Source: Octopus sinensis (taxonomy: Eukaryota). From it: DNA of 64,000 nt. Position numbers and translations under genes: made by a program. This document shows, in pieces, positions 53,691 through 64,000 of this stretch (position 1 is the first letter of the stretch; every line of letters begins with the position of its first letter). The notes below the pieces were generated by a model. That model was not told the origin of the DNA. It made no database searches and saw only the letters and a list, made by a program, of their open reading frames with translations. Location of the stretch: assembly GCF_006345805.1 (NCBI RefSeq), contig NC_042997.1:152830001-152894000 (forward strand). The letters are read 5' to 3'.

Positions 53691-53864
53691 AACTATATTA
53701 TATACATATATATATTGTGTCTGGGGCGAGTCATTCTATTTCAATGCTTCACCGGTTCGATTTCCCCTCTTTCTATTTATTTTTTTCTAAAATTTTTGTT
53801 CCTTCTTGCAACTTCTTCAATAGTCGTTGACTCTATCCGTTACCGGAGATGCGTGCATGTTTAA

Positions 53865-53897
<33 letters not shown>

Positions 53898-54739
53898 TGT
53901 ATGTATGTATGTATGTATGTATGTATGTAGTATGTATGTATGTATCTATCTATGTATGTACGTATGCGTGTATGCATGCGTACATATGTGTTTCCCTGTG
54001 TGTACGTTTGTATGTATGTCTTCTGCATTTTCATGTGTTTGTGTGTTCCTATTTGAGTGTTTGAATGTGTGTGTGTGTAGGTGGGTGTGTACCTCTGTCT
54101 CCATGTGTGTGCATGTTTGAGTGTGTCTATGTGTATGGATTTGTGTGATTATGTACGTGCGTCTGTTATGTAGGGATGGGTGTCTCCATAAGTGTCCTTG
54201 TGTATGTGTGTATGGAGTGTGCGTGTGTGTGTATGGTCATGTGATTCAGTAGCCTTTTGTAAAGTATTTGTGTTTCTGTGTGTGCTTGTCTGGCCGTATT
54301 ACCTACGTACCTATATATCTACTTACCCATCTGTTTACTTACATATCCATTTAGCTACTAATTTGTTTCCTTTATTGTAAAAAATATTCTTTGAATATTT
54401 ATTGTTCGACTCTTAAATCTCTTTAGTTTTACTCTGTCTCTTTCTCCCTCTACTCTAACTCTATCACTTTCTCCACTTTTACTCTCTGTTTCCGCCATTG
54501 CTTGCCTCTCTTGTACTTTTCTCTTCTATCTCTGTCTCCCTTTATTTCTGTGTTCTCTCTTTCTGTCCTCCTCTTTCCCTCTTATTCTATCTTTTCTCTA
54601 TTCTTACCCTCTATTTCAACCTTTGCGTACCTCCCTTGTACTTTTCTCTTCTCTTTCTTTCACTCTGTTTTTCCACTCCCTCTTCTCCTTCTTTCTCTGT
54701 ATCCCATTCTTTCTCTCCATATATACTTCTTCTATCCTA

Positions 54740-55090
54740 CCACGTGACAGGTGTCCAGTGAAGGTGGTGTACTTCTTTTTCGCCCTGTCTTTTATTAGAT
54801 TGGTCATGCTGGTCTGGGGTCCTGCTACGTCCATTAGGACTCCATTTCACACTGCGCTACCCCACTAAGTTCGTTTGATAGCTGCAAAGCTCTCTCTGTT
54901 GTATTTCTGGTATTTGTATAATTATTTTCTTTTCTTCTTCTGTATATTGCCATAAGGGTTCCTGTAGTTATATATACAAAATTCTTCGTCTGTAGTATTT
55001 CTATAACGTTTTGTTTGTCTCTGTCTCAGTATACCTTTGCTAATTTTTCCAAGAAGCTTAATAACAGCACTGGCGCATCCAGGATTGAGT
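54740..55090 (-). pseudogene. Highly decayed LINE (RTE-like) RT C-terminal fragment
   Basis: Weak similarity of ..LMDVAG..IKDRAKKKYTTFTGHLSRG to the RTE-type R..W.GH..R region. Confidence 0.28.
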
Positions 55091-55159
55091 GGTCTCAATG
55101 TTAATGGCGCGAGACCACGATGATATTTTGGTTCATTGACTAACGAGGAAAACTCAGCT

Positions 55160-55277
55160 GCGAATATTCCGTGTATCGTATCTCTGTCTATATTCCCCGT
55201 TCGTTAAGTTTTCGTCTAGTTTCCCGTTTGCTCTGCTTCCGTCTAACTTTTTCTCTTTGTTGTGTCAATGTTCGACC

Positions 55278-55332
<55 letters not shown>

Positions 55333-56280
55333 TATATGCATACATGTATGTACATAACTACATATAACATATATATGTATATATGCATGCATATTTGGGT
55401 ACTGGACATCAAAAAAACGTGGACAGAATGAGAAAGGGGAACATAAAAATCCAAAACATAGAAAACGAATTTTTCCGAACAATGAATAAAACAAACAAAC
55501 AAACAAACAAACAGAGAAACGAGACATGCTACGTAAAGAACATTCCCTTCATGAATTGTCCCTTGTTTTATCTACTCCGCGCTTCGAAGGTGAGGGCAAG
55601 ACGCGACTTCATTAAAACAGTCCTTCCTGCAAAGCAAATTAAATAAAATTTGGGATTTTGTGTGGAGGGTGAAAGTGGTAACAAAAACAGGACAGTGGGA
55701 ACAAAACAGTAAAAAAAACAGTGAGGGCTGTTAAGTCAAAACAGTGTGAAGTGTTGAACGCTTGGAAAAACGAGCTTTGAGAAGAGACAGATAAAAGCAC
55801 GTCTTGTCTTTAGGAGGGAAATGGAAGAAAGAGAGAATGGCCGTTGGTCACGTGTGAGCAACGAGAGAATCAACGAGAAAGAGTAAGAGAGAGAGAAGGA
55901 ACAGTGAAGGGGAGAGGAGGAGAAGGGGTGGAAGAGAAAAACAGAAAGGATGAAGAACAAGAGAGAGAGGTAGATAGACAGAAAAGAGATAGAATAAGAG
56001 TGCACATCGTAATTATTAAGGTAAGACTTATTTGGAAAAGGATGCGTTGCATTCGATCATATAATAATATAAATAATATATAAATATATGAATATATACA
56101 TACATATATGCACATACCTACATATATATGTAGATATACATGCATATATGGGTACAGGACATCAAAAAGACGTGAACAGAATGAGAAACGGGTACATAAA
56201 AACAAAATATAGAAAACGAACTTCTCTCGAACAACGAAAAAATGGAGAAACGAGACATGCAACATGTATATGTATGTGTA
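55160..56280. repeat. Dispersed-repeat pieces: direct repeats 55335-55560 / 56100-56275 and a related inverted piece at 55160-55280
   Basis: Shared GGGTAC.GGACATCAAAAA.ACGTG.ACAGAATGAGAAA.GGG; arrangement reminiscent of PLE pseudo-LTRs. Confidence 0.5.
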
Positions 56281-56290
56281 TATATATATA

Positions 56291-56368
<78 letters not shown>

Positions 56369-57178
56369 TTTATGCATGTATGTATATATCTATATATCTA
56401 TCTGTATTATATATACATATACAAGTCACACACCTATAGAGAGAGAGAAGAGTACAGTATATATTGAAATGTTGGCTTGCCCATTTATATTCCGTTATGG
56501 GATCTTATATACCCAATTATTTGTATACTTTCTATAGTCAATATACAGAAAAAACTTATAATTCTACTTACAAATTTACAATCGCAACTGTTTCCTTATT
56601 GGTGCAGAATTCCTTATTTTATGCTCCATAATATTTGGAACATTCAACATCTAAAATCTAAATGTGTGTAGAGAGTGAACTGTTTGTGTTTTAGAAGCCG
56701 CATTGGTTTCACGCAAAATTTTTTTCTTACATCTTCCATTGTATTCCATTAGACAGTATAAGCCTATTATATGCAAAGTAGCAAAACAAGATAATGTAGA
56801 AGAACATAATGGATTACATAAAAGAACTATGACTTCTACTGATGTGTAGTATCCATTTGAAAGTGGACTGTAAGAAAACTTTAGCTCACACACAGCGGCT
56901 TAAATTGTATTGATCAGTCACAGTTTCAGCGAAAATCCTCGCTAACATATAAATAAGTGGAGATATGGCATTTCCGAGACCAGGATGCTTTCTTTTTTGT
57001 TTCCAAATTTCCACATCACAGTGTTTGTGTATACTTACCTGCAAACACACAAATAAACACACATACACACACAGAGGCACATTCGCACACACACACACAC
57101 ACACACACATACAAATACACACACAGACACACATTCACATTCAGACAGAGACACATTTTTGCACACACACAACCCACA

Positions 57179-57237
<59 letters not shown>

Positions 57238-57311
57238 TAATATGAGGGAATATTATTCCAAAGTTACAGGGAGAAATTCAATTTAGATGTACTAAATCAA
57301 ATTTCACAGAG

Positions 57312-57397
<86 letters not shown>

Positions 57398-57399
<2 letters not shown>

Positions 57400-57666
57400 T
57401 AGAAAAAAAACAACTTTTATCTATTCAATAATGAAAAATTTAATTATACCATTTAGAAAAATTACATCTTATAGAAAGATTAAATATAAGATAAAACATA
57501 TATCAATGATTAAGTAATGTACAAAATAATAAATACTTATTCATTACATATTCATTGGCATACCTTTTATCTTATATTTAATCTTTCCAGAAGATGTAAT
57601 TTTTCTAAATGGTATAATTTAATTGTTTCATTATTGAATTGATAAAAGGTGTTTTTGTTTTCTAAT
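57398..57666. mobile_element. AT-rich foldback element (arms about 122 bp, spacer about 22 bp)
   Basis: 57398-57519 is the reverse complement of 57542-57666 with few mismatches; TA flanks. Confidence 0.8.
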
Positions 57667-57859
57667 ATAATATGATATATATATATATCTGTACACACAG
57701 ACACACACACATAATTAATAATAATAGATGAAAAATGTGTTAATCCACTACAGCTGTTTCGAACGAGTTTTTAATTCTATGACCGGTGTACTATTCATAG
57801 GATCATGAAGTGGCACAAACTGTTGGCTTTTGAATATTTTTAAATGTTGTTATTCATAT

Positions 57860-57949
57860 ATTCACCTGATGAAAACGGTTTTTTTTTTCTGGTGATGTAA
57901 TTTTTATAGCAATCAATTAAAAACTCGTTGGAAACAGCTGTAGTTGAGT
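57860..57949 (+). ncRNA. Type-I hammerhead motif with long stem II; partial inverted copy at 57744-57776
   Basis: attcac-CTGATGA-a-aacg(-)gttttt...aaaaactcgtt-g-GAAA-cagctg-TA-gttgagt. Confidence 0.55.
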
Positions 57950-58243
57950 GATACATTATCCATCTGTTGTTATTGATTTATTAATTATTCACACGAAACC
58001 TGCTCCTTGCGGAAATCCTAATTATATCATGGACCACACATTTGGGGCAATGTGCGTTTCCTGAATTAGCCTTAGGGCTCATGATATACTCAGTCGGGTA
58101 CAGTTAATCGTGTACATAACCTGAGCATCTTTTCGCCTGTAATTCGAAACCCTACATTTTTTGTGTACGCATTTTATTTTCCGACTTGTCCAGGTGCCTT
58201 ATTTAAGTGCATGATACACACGAATCTTGACATTTTATATACA

Positions 58244-58822
58244 CTAGCAGAAAGACCGCCCTCACGGCGGTTTTAAACCTGGAGTGTGTATGTGTGTGTT
58301 TATATTACAGAGACAGCGTTTGTGTCTATATAAGAGACACAGTGTGAGTGTGTGTTTATGTATGTGTGCAAACAATGAATGAAATAAACATGAAATGAAA
58401 AAATCGTATGAATAAATCGTGCACCGAATATTTAAATTTGTGAACTTGAAATATTCAATAATAAAAGATAGTTTAGAAAGTAAATATTCTTGAAAACTTC
58501 AAGTTATAAAAACATCTCACTTGGATAGTAAATATTTCTTTCACTAATTTATCGTAGCTGCAATATATCTGTAATTTAAACAAAGCTCAATCTTTAGCGG
58601 GCTAGAAATAGCAGCGATCACATATTATTGTAAAGCTTATAGCATCCCGTACAGTCATACCAACGAAATCATTTCTGAGTTTTGGTTTTTTTTTTAAATT
58701 ATAGCAGTATATTAAAAAAAATTCATTTCATTAAAAACAAGCCTCATAGTTATACAGCTATTTTGTCTAATAGCATTCATTCATTCAATAAATAATTTAT
58801 ATATATATATATAATATATATA

Positions 58823-58916
<94 letters not shown>

Positions 58917-59310
58917 TTTGGAAAATAGCTAATTAAAACTTAAAATGAAACATTGAAATGAATATATTAAATTATCCTTTTCTACTCTGGACACAAGCCC
59001 CGAAATTTTGTGGGAGGGGGCAGTCGATCAGATCGATCCTAGTACATACTGTTGCAAATACAAACGAAAAATTTTGCCAGAAACGAATTAATATTGTGTT
59101 TTAAAACTTCTCCACAATGAATGCAACGAATATTTAAATTTATGAAAAACTTGTAGTTCAAATATTCAATAACCTTCAAAAATCGAAATTACAGGAAATT
59201 TCTTGGAACATGAATTTATAAAAAAAATATTCATACGGCCAAGCCTTTAATAAATGTTTTCTTTTAGTAATTATATACCTAATTAATAAGCTGCTTTCTC
59301 CATTATAATA
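58244..59310 (+). mobile_element. Probable Helitron-like non-autonomous pieces (58244-58800, 59050-59310) plus a SINE A fragment at 58975-59045
   Basis: Start ACTAGCAG followed by hairpin CCGCC..GGCGG; shared GAATATTTAAATTT.TGAA..AAATATTCAATAA block in both pieces. Confidence 0.4.
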
Positions 59311-59316
59311 TATCTA

Positions 59317-59395
<79 letters not shown>

Positions 59396-59398
59396 ATG

Positions 59399-59562
59399 TT
59401 GGTGTGTTAACGTCCCCGTAACTTGGCCGTTCGCCCAAACCGACCGATAGAATAAGTACTAGCGTTACAAAGAATAAGTCCTGGGGGTTGATTTCTTCGA
59501 CTAAGGGCTGTGCTTCAGAATGGCCGCAATCAAATGACCGAAACAATTAAAAGAATGAAAGT
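59399..59562 (+). mobile_element. SINE family B, 3' half
   Basis: CGTCCCCGTAACTTGGC...AATGGCCGCAATCAAATGACCGAAAC. Confidence 0.8.
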
Positions 59563-59594
59563 AAAAAAGAATATATACACACACACACACACAC

Positions 59595-59642
<48 letters not shown>

Positions 59643-62514
59643 TATACAAATATATATATATATGTATTGTAGGTGGAATGAACACAAACTTAAAGCAAGA
59701 CAGCGAAGGAGAAACATGGTTTAACAAATGATGTATCTTCACTGACATCTCTCACTCTACGCACACACATATATATCAATATAATGCATAATGTATGTAC
59801 ATACACATGCATGTACATGTACATATGTATCATATATATATGTATAACATACATACAGACATGCACACACACACACATATATATATAAACAATGCTGCGT
59901 ACACATACCTCATACTTTTCATGTCGATACAGTATTTCAGTATATGATTATTTTACCCTTCACCAATAGACTAAAAACTATTTTAAGATATTCACACATA
60001 CCCTGTTCTTTAATGCAGTAATTATTTTCAAGTTCTCCATATCCACCCTGTCAGAAGAAAGGAGCCAAAACATTCGACGAATCTATTGTTCACAAATTAC
60101 AGCATGTGTTGTAAAAAACAAATAACACTGTTATTTTAACTATTATTATTGAAATATTAGTCACGAAGCCAATGTCTGAATGATATACTTTGACAAACCA
60201 GCTATTTATTCTTCTGAGTTTACAACCGTTCAGATAGAAAATGTGACTGTTATGTCGTTATTTATCAAATCCCCTGTGATTCAAGTGTCTCCGAAAAGTA
60301 CTCCAATATTCATGTTCACACAAACTAGTATTTAGTCTCCAGTAGGATGATTTTCTTTTTTGTTTACCATATGCATGATGTTGAGAGGAAATATAAAAGC
60401 AAAACATTTCTTTGGCATATGTACAAAAGCTTCATAGCATCGTGAATTCTTAATAACGATGCAAGCTCAAGAATCCTGAGGCTAATCGCAAATTGACATC
60501 TCAATATAAAGTTTGCGATAACATTATATCATTGGTGAGTTTGTGAACAATGAAACAAATCAAGAGCAAAAAAAAAGAGATGCAGAAACATAAGAGGATT
60601 GATTTTAGTGCTTTGATTATTCTTATTCTTTAGATTACCGCGTATTGTAAACTAGGGTTTTGGGATCACACCAAACCGTCATCATTTTTCCCAATTCCTA
60701 TTTAAATCAATTGGAAATTATTCTCGCTACTATTGTCTACTATATGAATACCACAACTTCTTGAAATATAGGGATTTTGTGTAATGCCAAAATTTGCAAA
60801 CACTCGACATACCAATGGATTAAGCTGGAGGTGAAATTAATTCGTGACCTGATTTTGGTTTCCTTTTCATATTGTTAATTAGATTGATATAATATCAGTC
60901 CATTCACGTCTCTACCTTCGTCCCTCCTTTCATTTCCAAAAATAAAATCGTACTATCCCTAGTCAAAAGAAAAGGAAGCATTCCTGAATCTCACCTATGT
61001 TCTTGATGTGGGGATTAAGTTCCCCGTTGGTTAGCCTCTGGTATGAGAAATCATAGCTTCTTAGATGAGAGCAATTGTCGGGATGAATAGAAAACCTGTT
61101 TCAGGTTTTGCCCTGTATGTGGGAATGAGGAAAATATAAAAAGCACTGTTGTCATTTGAGTTGTAGCTAAGAAAAAGAGTAATTTCTGGTTCGAATGCTC
61201 ATAAAATACAAAGTAAAGGATTATACTTTTGAATTAAAATCGTCAGTTGTGCTACATATCAATGCATAATTTCATTTATACATAAATATGATATGCATGC
61301 GACACGCATGATACGCATGGGAACCAAAACTAAGTCGGATTGATGGAACTAATCCATTTACCAGCTCTATCGCGAGTTGAGTTGGTCCTAAAATCTCAGC
61401 CTAACTGCACGCTTGTCAATCGTACCTGTTCTGCAGTACCCAAGTACATGTAGATCGACTGAAGTGTTGAATGGGAAAAGATCTAGTGACGCACTCCGCG
61501 TAATACTACAGACATGGCAGACACGAATACGTAATTTTACAGCTGTTAGTCTGAAGCACTATTGATCCTATAAGCAGAAACTCATATGAATAAGCTATCT
61601 GTATTAGACAAAATATTTACATAGAAAGCGAGATTATGTCACGCCAGATGTTTGTGTTTATGTAAAGGGTATCAAGAGATGTTCGATGAGCGAGAGGATC
61701 TCAATTACAAACGGTCGTCTCAAAGGAGATAGACTTTGCACAATGCCTATTGCACGAAATTCAGACTTTCTATTATACATTCACAACCTCTCATTTCTGT
61801 GAAGATGAGAGTCTTCACATCTGGCCATGTTGTAAGAAGACAATAAACATCAAATATCGCTACTAAGTGTTATCGTTTTACGACTGCCAATTTCAGATCA
61901 CTAAGATCACCTGATGTATATACATACATACATACATACATACATACATTTATATATTGTATTATCTCAAGTTATATATATAATTAAACTGAAAGATTAT
62001 GCAATACTTGATTACATATTTATTAACAATTGCAGAAATAAAATGTTGACACCCCGATAAAAGTGAGGAAATAGAAACTCCGAAACCATTGTAAAAGTTT
62101 ATATATATTTATGGGATGATATAAGCACACATATGTGAAATTATGCGATTTGTAACATTTAAAATTTGAAATGAAAGAAGTATGACATTTTATTTCAATA
62201 TTCATGTATTCCGCAATATAAGTACATCTGGAGAGGGGCAACACCTCAAATATTCGATAAGGTCATGGGTTGAGTTGGTATAGCATTAGTGTATCTCTCA
62301 GAAATATCAATGAAAAAAAAAAAGCAATAGAAATGGTTAAAACAGCCATAATAAGCAGTTAGGAGAGATTACCAAATAAATAATCAGCATTGATTGTTTT
62401 AAATGAGATATCAATTGCCAAACAATGGATTTCAAAATTATTATCATTGTTTAATCAGTCACGATAGCTGGCTAGTCAATATCTATAAGTAATCCTCTTA
62501 CTTTCTATCTGTCG

Positions 62515-62566
<52 letters not shown>

Positions 62567-63073
62567 TTCTCCCTCTATAGCATGGAAGCAATGAGAAATA
62601 GCAATCAGGTCTTCATCAAACCCCACTTTAATTATTAAAAAGGAAAAAAAGACACCTTGATTATTGAAAAAAATATGTGATAATTATATATAAATACAAG
62701 ACTGAATTGTCACCAGTCACGGCTTCATGATATGTTTGATTGATGAGAAATATTTTATGTTAAACAACAGGTATCGAAGTAGCTAAATACAGGTATATAC
62801 GTATATATATATTCAGAGGAGATAGTGAGTCAAATCGATAAATCAATCGATCGATGGATAAATAGATAGATAGATATTATGTATATACATACACATAGAT
62901 ATACATTCATGAGTGTATAAGCACATATATATATATGTGGGAGGGGCAGCGCGCACATAATTTCGATACACAGATAAACATATTTATTTACAATCGCATC
63001 CACGTTCATACATACTTATATACATACAAGCATCCAAAAACTCATCCATCTTGACATACATCTATCTGTGCAT

Positions 63074-63118
<45 letters not shown>

Positions 63119-63587
63119 CATCCGTTCATCTTTATATGCATCTGTACATCCTTCCATACATTCATACATACACGTTTCTGTGAAAGTATTCATGTTGACA
63201 TCGATTCCATTTCCCCACTTCTCTCTCTCACTCGTTTCCTTGTCTTTCTCTGTTCTCTTTGTATTCCATTGAATTCGGTTTCGTCTGGGTTTTTATTTAT
63301 GCATCAACATTATTCTCCTGCTAACCGCTCTATCGTTCTCATTCTATCTCTTTGTTGTTTGGTAGTCAATCACTTTAGGACCAGTAACACATGAACTACA
63401 GATCAATAAAACCATCTATCTGTTGAAAACTAGCTGAATCAATATAATTGAAACTGGTCACGTGTTGTCATAACATTCTTTACGTGTGCCTATCATAGAT
63501 GGATTCCTCTAATGTAAAGTTGTATGTGTTCTAGGTAATTTATCTATCTATCTATATTTATTTATTTATAATAATAATAATAATAAT

Positions 63588-63650
<63 letters not shown>

Positions 63651-63651
<1 letters not shown>

Positions 63652-64000
63652 CCGGAAGCTTTATGAAAATAAACAAAAGACGAAGGCCGGTGGAAAGCAA
63701 ACGAACAATTGTATTAGTATGGCGCTCAGGAAATATAAATAAAACAAGTCTTTAACGTTTCGAGCCTACGCTCTTCAACAGAAAGATACACAGAGAGAGA
63801 AAAACACAGAAAGAAGGAGAGAAAAAAAATGCGTGCAGTAGCTAACGAATCAACATATATATATATATAACGGGAAGCTTTATGAAAATAGACAAAAGAC
63901 GAAGGCAGGTGGAAAACAAACAAACAATTGTATTAGTATGGCGCTCAGGAAATATAAATAAAACAAGTCTTTAACGTTTCGAGCCTACGCTCTTCAACAG
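63651..64000 (-). mobile_element. Tandem 219-bp PLE-like units, each with a hammerhead motif (family H3)
   Basis: Units start at 63651 and 63870, separated by (TA)n; second unit runs off the window. Confidence 0.75.
63749..63786 (-). ncRNA. Minimal type-I hammerhead motif, A6U core
   Basis: Minus strand tcttt-CTGTTGA-a-gagc/gtag/gctc-GAAA-cg-TT-aaaga; repeated at 63968-64000. Confidence 0.6.

Noticed and set aside
63412-63460. CTGTTGA...GAAA-ctgg-TC hammerhead look-alike
   Set aside because: Stems I and II do not pair

Overview
AT-rich eukaryotic, repeat-dominated, mostly intronic/intergenic DNA. The repeat families look like those of an octopus genome (inference from recalled repeat sequences, not a search). 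There is no intact protein-coding ORF: almost all track ORFs are microsatellite translations, and the rest are dead transposon fragments. Contents: (i) dozens of tRNA-derived SINEs from at least four families, often in head-to-tail arrays; (ii) several lineages of R4/Dong-clade non-LTR retrotransposon fragments in (TAA)n tracts, including a 1.9-kb tandem duplicate; (iii) Tc1/mariner relics (a DD37D/maT-type pseudogene and two internally deleted copies), a GG-ended MITE with an 8-bp TSD, a foldback element and Helitron-like pieces; (iv) a CpG-island promoter at about 47.4-47.8 kb with ETS, NRF1 and YY1 motifs, probably driving a minus-strand gene whose candidate start lies in a 25-nt exon at 28514-28538. 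The most striking signal is a set of about eight type-I hammerhead ribozyme motifs from at least four short non-coding repeat families, inserted in or beside (TA)n/(CA)n microsatellites. One is a 365-nt, hairpin-dense, 1.55-mer tandem unit whose hammerhead has a compensatory U3:A8 core (UUGAUAA), which fits a retrozyme/circular-RNA-like element. All ribozyme calls are by-eye structure predictions and have not been tested.
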